Source: Psammoneis japonica (lineage: Eukaryota). Taken from it: a stretch of DNA of 64,000 nt. A model generated the notes under the pieces. That model did no database searches. It saw nothing but the letters and a program-made list of their open reading frames with translations, and was not told the origin of the DNA. The position numbers and the translations under genes are program-made. This document shows, piece after piece, positions 33,306-58,194 of the stretch. Numbering within the stretch: the stretch's first letter is position 1; every line of letters begins with the position of its first letter. The stretch is from assembly GCA_008632985.1 (NCBI GenBank), contig QPGO01000011.1:62001-126000 (forward strand), written 5' to 3'.

Positions 33306-34947
33306 GGGCCATTTGTTTCAAGTGACAGCATCAGTTCAAGCATTGTGCAGGCAGTGCAATGGAGATTTGTGCCATGTGTGGAAGTTGTCTCAGCTTGCAA
33401 AAAACAGCTGCTTCTTGGGTGGTCTCACTGTCCACCCAGCATCTCCCATTTTCTTTTGGCAAGTCACAGCAACAGTGAGTGGCCAAAGGACTTGGTTGAG
33501 AATGCTCTCTTGGTGTGCTTTCACTGTTGAGAAATGGCGCTGGTGATGTGCACTGTTTGGAGCAGCAGAGTTCTTGCTTGAGATTTTTGCACACAAGATG
33601 AGTCACTGATGAGGCAAAAGACACCAACCATGGCAAGCACCATCAGATGCAATGCATCTCAGGCTTGGACATCATTGGTGCTGAGTCATCAGTGGTTGAA
33701 AAAAGAGCGGGCAAGTGGAGATTGCAAACTGAGGAAAAAGCAAGACCAGAAACTGAGAGGCACCTTTTCTTTTGTCACAACTTGCGAGCATGCATCAGCA
33801 CTGGCGTCCATCACAGATTGGTTGCATTGATGCCACACAACCATTTTTGGCAATGTCAGTTCAAAAAAGTGTGCTGGATGTCTTGTTGGTGTGTGCTGTG
33901 GTCCAGTGGAGCAATGTTTTGTCAAGATTGTGCTGGTGCAGCAGCACTCCACTTTTTGGTGGCTGGGCAGGGCTGCATTTTTGTCAACATTGTTCATGGA
34001 TGATGATGGAAAGCTCTCAATCACCATGCTTGTTTGAATGGTGGACAATGCCAGGGTGATTGGGTCAGTGGGGGTTGCTGATGGGTGTTCCAGCTGACAG
34101 CCCACAATGTGGCACAGGAGGTGCATTCAAGACATGGGCAGGACATTGCAACTGCATGAGTTTCTGTGCCATTTGTTGTGGACACACTTTCTCAAAAGAA
34201 AAGGGTTGTTTGTTGGTGTGAAGCCATGAGAAAAGCACTTGATGCTGCAGCAGCACCACAGAACATGCAGATGCTGCCAACTTGATTTTGCTTTTGTGTG
34301 AATCACTTTTGCCATGTGGAGCAGCTGCCAATGACTGCAGCTGGTTTTTGACCAAAGTGCAAGAAGTTGCAAAACAGTGGATTGGAGCCAAAAGCGCTCC
34401 AGGCTGCAGCAGCCACACAGGTGGCACAGCAGACTGAACAAATGATCTGCAGTGGAGAAAGCTGCCTCTGCACTGAAAGTGGCTTCTTTTTTAAGAGGTC
34501 TCATTGTCATGAGTTGCCTTGATTTCAGTGCGACATTGCACACTGTTCTTTCAATCTTGGTCTCAGTGGACACAGCCAACTTGGGCATTTGCAACAAATC
34601 TCAGAAAAGCAGGCACCATCCTTGACAGGCCTCAGAAAGCAGCATCTCATCTTGTCAGTCAGCACCAACAACTGGTGATCATTGCTCTGGCATTGTCAAA
34701 TGTTGGTGCTCCTGGAGCCCCTCCCTTTCCCCTGGGCAGAGTTGTGATCACCACCATTCTTGTCACCAGCATGCTCTGGCATGAAATGTTGTCATCTTCA
34801 TTGTGGGGGTGCATCAGCATGACACATCAGCAACACACAGGATTTTGCAGAGAGATCTCTGGTGCACTCCTGCTGTTTGACACTGTGCAAGAGTTTGCAG
34901 GTCACATGGGCTTGCTGATGGCCCCATCTGCCCATCTGTGCACAGCT

Positions 34948-35185
34948 GCTGAGCTGCACCAAATGTGCAAGTCTTGCTCAGGCATTGACCCATGATGTGA
35001 TTGTTTTGTGTTGCCTGGAGGTCAAGTGACAATCTGGGGTGTGCAAAGTGTGAACAAGTTGGCACATGCAGAGAGCTGACAAGATGGGCAGGCAGTCAGA
35101 TTCAAAAAACAACCTGTTCTCACAAGCACAGCCCAGTTGTTGTCTCTTCTCACATGTGGGGAGGAGAAATTGCCAAGGACTGGTG
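34948..35185 (+). repeat. Dispersed ~240 bp repeat, copy B
   Basis: Gapped alignment to 33050-33305. Confidence 0.8.
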
Positions 35186-36984
35186 CAACAATGATTTTGC
35201 AACTGTGCTTGGCAACAAACAACAATGAAAAAATCTCTGAGAACAACAAGCTTTGTTTCAAAAAGCACATTTGGCTGTTGCTGGCCAGTGTTGACCTGAA
35301 GCTGTGCTGGACCAACCAGCAGAGTGTGAAGCTCATTGGCTGCATTTTTTTGCTTCAGCATTTCTGGCAATCTGGGTGCCACATGCAGCAGGAGGTGTGA
35401 CAGTGCTTCTGTCCAGCACAGCTGGCCAAAGGCTGCTTTTGTGGGCTGAGCACAACCTTGCTTGCTGTTGCTTGGGCCTCACTTGCTTCTCTTGAATCTG
35501 CACCACTTTCTCCAAAAAGTTCTTCCACAAGAACATCTTGCACACTTGGGTGGGGGCTGGTGGCTGCTGTCATGCCCTGCTGGTGCTTGCAAGTCATTGC
35601 ACCAGATGTTGCCACAGATGTGAGTGGTTGTTCTTTGCTGTCTCTTTTGCATGGCAGCTGGGCTTTGCTTTGCTCTTTCTTCTTTGAACAGTGCTGCATT
35701 GTTGACAGAGTTGTCTTGCCCTTGCCACCATGACAGAAAAATGGGGCCAGAAGATTGGTTGTTTGATTGAGAGGATCAACTCCCATTTGAATTTTTGTTT
35801 TTGTGTTCAAACAGTCTCTTGTTGTCACCACACAAAACTGTCATTTCTCAGATTGCATCTCTGTGAACAGGGGCAGACAGAAAAGAATCAGCTCTGCAAA
35901 ATTGCTCACATGCATCACTGGTGAGGCAAACCAAGGGTGCTGGTTCACACACGAGCTCGCACATGTTGGAGACCGGCAGAGGTGATTTTTGATGCACTGT
36001 GTGCATGTGTGTGCCACCAGCATGTGTTCTGTTGCAACCAAAGAAATGCTCTGTTTAAAAGCACTTTCATGTTCGTCATTCAAAGTGGGTGGTTCCACAG
36101 TAAAAAGAGTCAATCTTCTGGCACACACGGTCAATCATCCGCTGAGCCTCAGCTTTCCTCCATGATGTGCTGCACATGCTTGCTGTCGTCAGAAAGCTGA
36201 AGAACAGCCACATGCAGCAAATCTGTTGTTGATGTTGTCAGTGTCTGCAACACTGATGCACCATCATCTTGGAGATGCTCCAGCAGCCCAGTCTGTGCCC
36301 CACACACTCTGGATCTTCTTTGAGTTTGTGCGTGGTGCCTCAAAGCTCAACAGCTGCTGCAGCTGACCCACTCCTCAAACATGTTCTCTGCATGCCCACA
36401 GTGCTTTCCTCTTGTTTTTGCTTTCCCCCACAGCTCCAATTGTCACTCTTGAAGTCACCAGCAAAAACAAAGAAGCTCATGTCTGCATGGGGCCTGCCCC
36501 CAAATTGCTTTGCTTTCAGCACAGCAGCCAGGCTCGTTCTTTGTGAAGCTTTTAAAAGCTGCCCTCTCTCAGCACTTTGTCATGGGGCAGAGAGGAGCTG
36601 CTGGATTGCCCATGCACTCCACTGTTCCAGCTTTGTGGTTTTGATGCACAGATCTCAACGAGCATCCGTTGATGTGCTTTTGGATTTTTTCGCTGCACAT
36701 GTGGAATGTCATCTCTTTTTATTCTCCCTTGTGTCTGTGCCCGCATGATGTTTCAAGAAATCCACAGTCGAACGATGATTCGAAGATGTCATTCAACGCG
36801 CGATCTTGAACGCGTGCAGGATTGGCGGGAAAGGCGCGGTCGGTTGAGGCGGGCGGCTTGCCAGCACGACAATGACCTGCACCACCGACACCGGCATTTT
36901 GTTTGGGACGCAGGAGCCATTGTTGTTCTTCGGCGTTGATTGAACCAACTGTACACTCTTCTGTGTGTTTCATAGATTCGCACC

Positions 36985-50288
<13,304 letters not shown>

Positions 50289-50432
50289 ATATGGTCGAGG
50301 CCGGGATCTAATGTCAGAATCGGAATCATAAGCCAGTGTAGTCGAAATGAACAGATATGCCTAATACCGTTTATGCTTAAGTAGATAAAGAATCGTGGTT
50401 GGTGTAACTCAGCTTTTCTTTCGACCTTAGTA

Positions 50433-51152
50433 TTACATGACAGTTTTCCTTGTAATCTCAGATTCACAGTCGTCGACCAAGACGATCTCATGAGGAAGGT
50501 TATTTTTAGCCAAGAACTTTGCTCTGGCTTCATCATTGCCACATACTGCTTTCCTAAGCGCGTCAAACTTACTCTCGGCTTCGTCGCGTTGCTTCGTAAG
50601 TCTCTTGACCTTTCTTTTGAGGCTTTGTTTGCGATCTTGTGCCTCGGTCAATTTGTATCGAACGTCATTTCTTTCCTTACGATACTTTGCTGCATCCTTC
50701 TTCACTTCATCTCGCTCGGAAACAATCTTTTTTATCATCAGATTTGATAGCTCTTTTCCTTTTTCGAGCGAATCCACTTTGGCGAGAGCCTCGTCCCGCT
50801 CTTGTATCGATGACTGGAGCTTCTCTATCAGTATCTTGTTGAAATCGCTCAAGTCCAGGAGTTGATCATTATGGTTATCCGTCATCTCTTCGATGAAGGA
50901 GTAGTTCAATTCTTCCCTGAGTTTCCATGCCTTCACCTGCTCCTCTAGTTGCTTGTATTTCTTCTCGAGTTCCTCGTAGGCTTCTCTGTTCACTTTCAAA
51001 TCATCCGCCGCTTCATCAAACACCATCTTTTGCTCTGGGGAGCGAATCAACTCGCTCTGATTCTTTGCGTCTGACGTGAACGGATTTGACGACTCGGATG
51101 ATGAAGCAGCGCTTATGCCACTTTCAAGCGCGTTTTCTTCATAAGGTGGCAT
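50433..51152 (-). CDS. Coiled-coil protein (E/Q-R-D-E repeat family)
   Basis: Heptad-rich ORF with ERDEA, ERDEV, ERNDVRYKL, QRDEA. Confidence 0.75.
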   Translation of the reverse strand: MPPYEENALESGISAASSSESSNPFTSDAKNQSELIRSPEQKMVFDEAADDLKVNREAYEELEKKYKQLEEQVKAWKLREELNYSFIEEMTDNHNDQLLDLSDFNKILIEKLQSSIQERDEALAKVDSLEKGKELSNLMIKKIVSERDEVKKDAAKYRKERNDVRYKLTEAQDRKQSLKRKVKRLTKQRDEAESKFDALRKAVCGNDEARAKFLAKNNLPHEIVLVDDCESEITRKTVM

Positions 51153-51479
51153 GGTCGTATGCCCTTTTCTTTTTCTTGGATCGAAGTGACATCAAAAATT
51201 GTGAGTGAGTTCAAATTTGGCGAGATAAAAAAAATGGCGCCAACGTCAGAATGAGAAGGGCAATAGACACCTGATGACGTCGGCCTGTCGTCATCAGATC
51301 ATCAGGATAGAGTCGAATGAATCATATCAACGTCGAACAAAAATTTCAAAAATCTTGTTGCGCCGGCGTTTGGAGCAGGCCATGCCGGCGGCATCAACGA
51401 TGATGCACATCAGCTCTTCCGGCAACCAATGCGTGCACATCAAAACCTCACCACAGCTGTTTCCGATATAAACGCCGCC

Positions 51480-52103
51480 ATGTCTCACGATGATGACTCC
51501 TCCACTCCATCATCCATTACAGAGGAAGCAGGACTGCTCTGTTTGACTGATGAGAGTTCGTCAACACGCGATGTGGCGGTGTCAATCACGGCTTTTATGG
51601 AACAGGACAAGAAGATTGCTACTCTTCGTCATTTAGTTGAGAAGTACAAAAGTCGTAGCAAATCACTCAAAGGAGAACTAGAAGATCAACGGGAAGGGTT
51701 TTCTGAGTCGCTCATGTATCTGCAATCAAAGTATGCGGCGCAAGCGGAATCTTCTACTGAAGAGCTTTTTGAAGCCACAAAGATCTTGATTGAGCAACTA
51801 AAAAAGGCGAGTATCCAGCGAGACGAAGTCCAAGAAAAATTAGAACGAGCCGAGATGGAAAGGTCGGAGCAAGAAAGCAAAATACTGGTGCTCTCTAATA
51901 AACAAAATGAACTGGAAGAGGAGGTGGGTCGTTTACGGGAGGAAGGTGATAAGATGCGCACCAAACTGAAGTGTGCGCAGAAGAAACGGGATCGGCTTCA
52001 AAAGAAGTTCGATAAGGCATCCAAGCAACGAGATGAATCTGTCTTGACTATCCAGAAACTTGCCTTGCGCTTACAAGATATTCCTGTGCAGTCTGACGAC
52101 TGA
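51480..52103 (+). CDS. Coiled-coil protein, probable paralog of 50433-51152
   Basis: KILIEQLKKASIQRDEV versus KILIEKLQSSIQERDEA; KQRDES. Confidence 0.75.
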   Translation: MSHDDDSSTPSSITEEAGLLCLTDESSSTRDVAVSITAFMEQDKKIATLRHLVEKYKSRSKSLKGELEDQREGFSESLMYLQSKYAAQAESSTEELFEATKILIEQLKKASIQRDEVQEKLERAEMERSEQESKILVLSNKQNELEEEVGRLREEGDKMRTKLKCAQKKRDRLQKKFDKASKQRDESVLTIQKLALRLQDIPVQSDD

Positions 52104-52484
52104 TATTTCTACCAGCTTTTGTATAAGAACGTTAGCTGGTGCGGTTGTCGCTTCCGGTTGATTTTGGAACGTTCCTTTTTTCGATGTTGTTAATAAATTA
52201 GTCTCAGTTCAACGTGTAACTATCTACGTTGTTGATTTAGCAGAAGGTTTAGATTCCAGTGTTGTAGTACCTCGCTCTCTAGCGCCGAAGATTGTTTGTC
52301 ATCTCTATTAGCATCTATTTGGAGGAAGATACAATCAGTGCGAAGTCGTCCGTTACCGTATTGGAGCGGGTTCAGGTTGAAAGTTTCATAAGGTACGCTA
52401 CATTATCTTATGTTGTTACACAGAAGAATAGGTATATTATGCATTACTCGTCATTATTGATAATTGATCATGTACAGTATGTGG

Positions 52485-53642
52485 CTACTCCTCAATTGGA
52501 ACAACCTTTACTTCATCTTGACGTTTCGGAAACTTTGTCATGATCTTTCTTTTCATCCATCGAGATGCATTAGATGTAATACCATTAACATCGTCTCGCA
52601 TCTCGGGCGACTCGATTTCGATACCAGCTTGCTTCAATTTGAAACGAGCATCGTCTCGTTGCTCCGTCAGCTGTTGGACATGCATCTTGAGCTCCTGACG
52701 TTCAGAGGATAAGCTTTCAACTTTTGCCATTGCTTTGTTTCGCTGCCTAGTTGTTCGTTTCAAATCACTTACAGCAACGTCACGTTCGTTGGTTGCTTCA
52801 ATTCTACGCAAATCACGGTGAATCACAGCCTTTTCCAGAGATTCAATCTTGGCATGTGCTTCGTTACGTTGTGCCTTCATTTTCGCCAACTCTGCTTCCA
52901 ATACGTCATTGCGATGAGCAAGGTTCAGTAGCCGCAAATCTTGTTCCATCACGTGCTCCTGTACCTCGGCATGGGTTTCGTCTTGTAGCGCCTTTTCCTG
53001 GGCAAATTCAAGCTTGAGAAAATCAAACTTTTGCTCCATTTCATACAAAGCTCGGCTCTTGGTCGTGCACTCTTTTTTCAGCTCTCTGTTTTTCATTTTA
53101 TATTTCCTTAACTTTCGTTTCAAGGAGGCAGCGCTTGCATCTTGCGATATTGAATCCGACTCTGTCGATACTGTCATGTCGTCGTCGTCGTTAGCATCTT
53201 CTGTTTGTTCTGCCACGACGCTCTCGAAAACGGGTGTACTTTGGTAAACCGGTTTCTGAGGCACGTCGCATGGTTCTGACATGGCAGCAGCGGCGAGGAA
53301 AGCGACCAGAGATGAATAGCCAGGATAGTACTTCGGTCCAACTGGCTCCTTCTGAAGAAGGAGTTCAGCATGCTCCTCGTCGTCGTGATCAGCATAATCA
53401 TTCAATTCTGACGTTTTCGTTGTTTGCAAGACCTGTTTGACTTGCTCTTCATTTTCAAGAGTAAATTCTAATATCGACTGATAGAAGCTCGAAGGAACGG
53501 TAGGATTTGGTTGGAGGTCTTTGCCCTCTGCATTATGATTTTCAACGAGAAACAGCGGTGGTGGCGTTTTGTTGCTGTTGTTGCCCTGTCGGGGCGTTTC
53601 ATCCATAAGACTGCACGGCGGCGGCGGCGGCGGCAACGTCAT
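52485..53642 (-). CDS. Coiled-coil protein with Pro-rich N-terminus (same repeat family)
   Basis: QRNEAHAKIESLEK versus ERDEALAKVDSLEK; QRDDARFKL versus ERNDVRYKL. Confidence 0.75.
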   Translation of the reverse strand: MTLPPPPPPCSLMDETPRQGNNSNKTPPPLFLVENHNAEGKDLQPNPTVPSSFYQSILEFTLENEEQVKQVLQTTKTSELNDYADHDDEEHAELLLQKEPVGPKYYPGYSSLVAFLAAAAMSEPCDVPQKPVYQSTPVFESVVAEQTEDANDDDDMTVSTESDSISQDASAASLKRKLRKYKMKNRELKKECTTKSRALYEMEQKFDFLKLEFAQEKALQDETHAEVQEHVMEQDLRLLNLAHRNDVLEAELAKMKAQRNEAHAKIESLEKAVIHRDLRRIEATNERDVAVSDLKRTTRQRNKAMAKVESLSSERQELKMHVQQLTEQRDDARFKLKQAGIEIESPEMRDDVNGITSNASRWMKRKIMTKFPKRQDEVKVVPIEE

Positions 53643-53989
53643 TGTCGTCGTTTCGTGTTGATACTATCCAACGCAATCTTGGAAAATGGACAAGTCCCGA
53701 GTGCAACAAGAGTGCAGTGGATGAAGATCGATCAATGCATCAGCGAAACGAGAGAGAGTCATTCGTGGCAAACGCCACCAGTCCCGATTGGCGAGATTTG
53801 CTCGAGAAGGAAAATAAATGACGATGACGTCGATGGTGGTGTTTCACTTTGTTTGTCGTGTGCGTTTGGCTTCATGGCGTGTGCGGAAAAATGCGGCCAC
53901 GAACTCATTCAACACAACTGGTTCGCGAATGGGAAATTCACGCCTAGAGCAACTGGGATGGTGCTTTGGAAATGCAGCGTTTTAGAGTA

Positions 53990-54749
53990 GAATGTCATTT
54001 GTTCCCAGCAATGACAAGCTCTGCATGTGAAACATTCTCTTTGCCCAAAAGAGAGCCGCAAAGCTGGGGGGCTCCTCAGCTGGAGAAGAGCAGCAGGGTG
54101 TGGAGAGCATTGCAAAGCAACAATCTGCAGTTCTCATTTTGCCCATTTTGGCTGCTGTGCCATTTTGATGCTGACAAAGCTCACAAAAAATTGATGGCAG
54201 TGCAGCTGACAGCCACCAGCACTTTTTTGTGAAGCCGACAGGGAGGCCCTCGGCTCTCTTTGCAGCACGTGGCAGCACATGGTTGCAACTTTTTGTGAAA
54301 ACAAAATGCAGCTTCAAACAAAAAAAACTGGCAAGATCAAAGGCAACTCTTTCTGATTTGAGTGGGGCATGCTCAGTCATCTGCTTTGCTCTTGCAAAAA
54401 GTTGCCAAGAGCGCAGTGCCGCTGGCCAGCCCAGAAAAGCACCCGAGCTGCCGCAGCACAAAGCTTTTTTCACCCAAGTGTGCCAACACCATGGGTGCAC
54501 TCAATGCAGTCTTTTCTGGGCACATTTTCCTTCCAAACAAGAACAACCAGTGCACCAAGTTGTTTGCTCCTTGCCTTTCGCTGTGGAGCAGCTGTGCCGG
54601 CACTGCTGCTGGCAGCTTGTTCTTCTTGTTCAGTTTTGGCCCCAGTTGGGTGTGTCTGTCTTGAACGTGCTGTGGAAGAGTTTCCATGTCTGACTTGGTC
54701 ATGCTTGATGATGCGCACTGCCACAGACAGAATTTGGATTCATGCAATC
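53990..54749. other. Small TpA-free island 3
   Basis: No TA seen in ~760 bp, reduced CG; TA-rich sequence resumes by ~54840. Confidence 0.85.
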
Positions 54750-55028
54750 TATTTTGTCAAGAGGGATGAAGAGTGAGTGAGCGATCGTTTCGCACAGCGA
54801 TGACAGCGCGTGACAGAAAGATGTGATGAGCCGCATCGCTACTTTTATTCCATATATGAAGACATTCATACAATCATAAATAAATGTCTTTATTAATTTA
54901 TATATATATGTTTATCTATTCGCGATGGAACTTCTCGCCGAAAAAGCCGCGAAACAACTCCAATGACACAACTCGAAATCGTGTCGCTTGTGTTTGCTCT
55001 CACAACAAATCATTACACTCTGTGTACC

Positions 55029-55895
55029 ATGGCAGCTTCGCTTCAATCGGTCCGTGACCAGCTCCCTCGTGCTCTTGCACACCCCATTCCGTTCTTGGCG
55101 GCGTGGTTGATTGGTGGCCTTTTAGCCATTGTGATTCCCGTGTCTCGCTGGAAGAAGGAGAAGAACAGTTATTATTCGTATTATGGTCAGTGGAACGAGT
55201 ACAATGAGGAGAATCGTGACGACGAAAACAATGACAACAATAACTATTACTACCAAAAGTGCAAGTGGTATCAGTGGAGTTGCAACGACTATGATAACTG
55301 GAACAAGTACAACGGCGACAACAACAACAATAACAACGATCGCAACAACCTTCAACTTCCGGGTTGGTATCGTTACTTTGGAGGCATGACGGAGGAAGAG
55401 CGTCGTTGGCGTGAAGAAAACTTTGGAGAAGATATGACCAACAGCAGTGGTGCTCTCAAGTTTGTCTATGCATGGACTCTCATTATGTTTTTGGGAATCT
55501 TAGCGTATGGTGTCTATGCCATGCTACGAAACCGTCAGCAGTTGTTTTCTGGAGGTCTTCTCGTGGCAACCATTACCTTTTGCCAGTTTACCTTTTTGGG
55601 TATGCTATTGCTTGTGCAGGGTGTTATTCAGACGGATGATCGGGAACTCGAGGACTCGATTTATGGATGGTGGGGCCAGACGGGGGTCTTGATTTTCATG
55701 ACCAACTTTGGATACACGATCTTTTGTCTCGTCTTTTCCGTAATTATGGCTGCCATGGGATGCTATGCCTTTTTCAAGCAGGGCGGATTCCAGAAGCGTC
55801 AGGCAGCTGCCGATGCCGAAGATAAGTCTGGCAAGAGCGATCAATACTACAATGCCAATGACGACTGGGAAGCTCCCAAGACACAAGTCACCTAA
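55029..55895 (+). CDS. Four-TM membrane protein with an Asn/Tyr-rich loop (diatom-type hypothetical)
   Basis: Four hydrophobic segments; loop NNDNNNYYYQKCKWYQWSC..NNNNNN. Confidence 0.8.
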   Translation: MAASLQSVRDQLPRALAHPIPFLAAWLIGGLLAIVIPVSRWKKEKNSYYSYYGQWNEYNEENRDDENNDNNNYYYQKCKWYQWSCNDYDNWNKYNGDNNNNNNDRNNLQLPGWYRYFGGMTEEERRWREENFGEDMTNSSGALKFVYAWTLIMFLGILAYGVYAMLRNRQQLFSGGLLVATITFCQFTFLGMLLLVQGVIQTDDRELEDSIYGWWGQTGVLIFMTNFGYTIFCLVFSVIMAAMGCYAFFKQGGFQKRQAAADAEDKSGKSDQYYNANDDWEAPKTQVT

Positions 55896-56034
55896 ATTGT
55901 TGATGGATGGATAGCTTTGTTGATGTTTACGTATGTGTGCAGGAGATTGGTACGCGGTGTTGTGTACTATGGTATTGTGGCTCATTCATCTAAATAGTAG
56001 TTTGAACGAGTGTTGTGAATGATATGTAGTTCAT

Positions 56035-57594
56035 CTATTTTGCATTCTTGACCTGCACATAAACCGTAAAAAGCCCTACTTTCTTGGCCTTGCTCACAAC
56101 CGCGACAGATCCTTTGCACGGTCCTTTTACCCCTTTGGCAACCTCGGCTTTGTAAGGATCCCCATTAGGTGATGCCACGTGCATACCGTCCCGACCATTC
56201 AGCATGACATCTGCCGTTGAATTTGTAAAGAGAGTCACGTCCGCCACTTCGTTACCTGAGAGTGTAAAGTTCACCTCTGACTTTCGACCCGACGAGAGAG
56301 ACAAACACTTGACGACCTGGCGAGTACTGCCGTCACAATAGTCCTCTTGCAGGACTTGCTCAAACGTTGGCCCATTACCGCCGACGTTTCGCAGTAACGT
56401 ATTTTCATCCACTAGTTTCAACAACAAGCACTTGGGGTTGTTCGAGTGAATCTCAACCTTGGCTTGAGTACGCGGATCAATAAATTTTCGAATCAACATC
56501 CAAGGATATGAAAAGTAGTAGGGTGCATTGATGATTACAATGCGATTCAGCACCTCGGGAAACGCCATTATTGCAGGCTTGACGCTCTTGAGAAGGCCCA
56601 GCGCTCGCTTGTTAATGGTGGATTTCGAGAGACCTTTTAAATCCACCACAACCAACAGCTCACACCGAGTTTTGTCGCGGCTGCCTTTTTCAACAGCTTT
56701 TTCCAGTCCATGCTTCAAAGCATACCATATATAGAGAACAATGCGCTCTTCGGGAAACGTCAAAGAGTCGAGCCCTTCAATATTCAAGTCTTCAATCAAA
56801 AAGTACACAACGGGGCAACCGTTTTTATCAATTCCAGAGTAAAAAAATGGAAGCAGTGTCAAAAACACACTGAGTGGGCACCCTAGAGTTGCGTTGATAT
56901 CTCGAAAAAAGTCATTCGAATGAGCTTTTCGAAAGGCTTCAACATGTTCGCTCATCATTTCGATTGTAGCTTTTGGGACAAATTTTCGTGCGCGCAAGCA
57001 ACGACACAGGGCATACGGCTCTTGCTCAACCTTGCGATAACAACGCAGCATGTCCCGATAAGTCTTGTCGAGTGATTTAAGTTCACGCCTAAATTCGAGG
57101 CACTTTGCGAGTTCCTCCTTGGTTAATTCACCGGGATAACCTTGCATGCCAAGGTTTGTTGATGGGGTTTCTAGTTCTTTCTGAATCACGAGCGATTGTC
57201 CAAGCATGGTACTCTCCGTCTCTCGCCTCGAGGACAGCAGCAACAAGGTATTTGGGTCATCAATGTGTATAGAGTCCGACGGGTGTGGATTTGGCACTCT
57301 GGCTGGTGGGTAGTCCAATAAGTCGTCACACGGCTGCTGCGTGTCAAAATAAATAGACTGCGCCATGTCTTGCACCTCTGCCTGTGACATTTTGTTAAAA
57401 TCAGACTCACTCATGGCGGCATCAAAGTAAAACTGTGAAGAGCGCACGCTGGATTTTTCGTTCAAGGGAGAAACGTGGTTTTCTCCTTCGTTGCGCGTCG
57501 TGCTGCCATTAACAAGGTTAGTAGGTTTCCAATCATCTTGATTGACAGCGTCAGCTGCTTTTGAATTTGAGCATAATGACAGTAGATTACCCAT
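56035..57594 (-). CDS. SEC14/CRAL-TRIO lipid-binding protein, possibly N-acylated
   Basis: MGNLLSLC start; LCRCLRARKF, GIDKNGCPV, VVDLKGLS, FPEVLNRIVIINAPYYF, IDPRTQAKV. Confidence 0.9.
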   Translation of the reverse strand: MGNLLSLCSNSKAADAVNQDDWKPTNLVNGSTTRNEGENHVSPLNEKSSVRSSQFYFDAAMSESDFNKMSQAEVQDMAQSIYFDTQQPCDDLLDYPPARVPNPHPSDSIHIDDPNTLLLLSSRRETESTMLGQSLVIQKELETPSTNLGMQGYPGELTKEELAKCLEFRRELKSLDKTYRDMLRCYRKVEQEPYALCRCLRARKFVPKATIEMMSEHVEAFRKAHSNDFFRDINATLGCPLSVFLTLLPFFYSGIDKNGCPVVYFLIEDLNIEGLDSLTFPEERIVLYIWYALKHGLEKAVEKGSRDKTRCELLVVVDLKGLSKSTINKRALGLLKSVKPAIMAFPEVLNRIVIINAPYYFSYPWMLIRKFIDPRTQAKVEIHSNNPKCLLLKLVDENTLLRNVGGNGPTFEQVLQEDYCDGSTRQVVKCLSLSSGRKSEVNFTLSGNEVADVTLFTNSTADVMLNGRDGMHVASPNGDPYKAEVAKGVKGPCKGSVAVVSKAKKVGLFTVYVQVKNAK

Positions 57595-58194
57595 TGATTG
57601 ATGCAGGAAGCACTACGACTTAGGCCTCACGTAAGGATATCCCGACGACTTTTTCTTTGTGCAGCGCCGCTCCATTGAGCAAACGCTCATTATCGAACGT
57701 CGTCGTACCGGTACGTGCTGGATGCTGGATGGATGATCCCGATTTTTGGAATTTTTGAAACGGCCGGCGTGTAATTATTAGTTTTAGTGACTGACGATAC
57801 TTTAAAAATGACTGCCACGTCACTTTACAAAAGAGTCGCGCACTTCACAAGATTTCCAAATTCCACATGCCAACATACAAACAGCAGGATCTGGATCGGG
57901 GTCGTGCGTCGTGCGTCGTGCGGTGCGATGATGAAGGATGAAGGGTTGCGAGTTATTGCGATGAGGATTGATAGGATTGTTGTTTGTTGTTTTGTGGTCA
58001 TGACGATGAGATTGGGGCATCTGATGTCTGATAGAGACTCGATCGAAAGACATATCAAACGCGTCAGACACTCTACTGCTGTTTCTTGCCTGAAGGTGAA
58101 ATTCCCAATCACAGATCACAGCTCGGGATGCATGATAAGTGCAGTTGAACATATCTTCTGACAACGCAATTCGGAAAATCGATCAAGCCACGCA

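Larger units (their letters stand above)
31860..36950. other. TpA/CpG-depleted island 2
   Basis: About 6 TA in 32030-36720; very few CG in the core; Cys/His-rich spurious ORFs in all frames. Confidence 0.9.

Noticed and set aside
57895..57930. gtcgtgc tandem repeat in the divergent promoter
   Set aside because: Short simple repeat with no further support.
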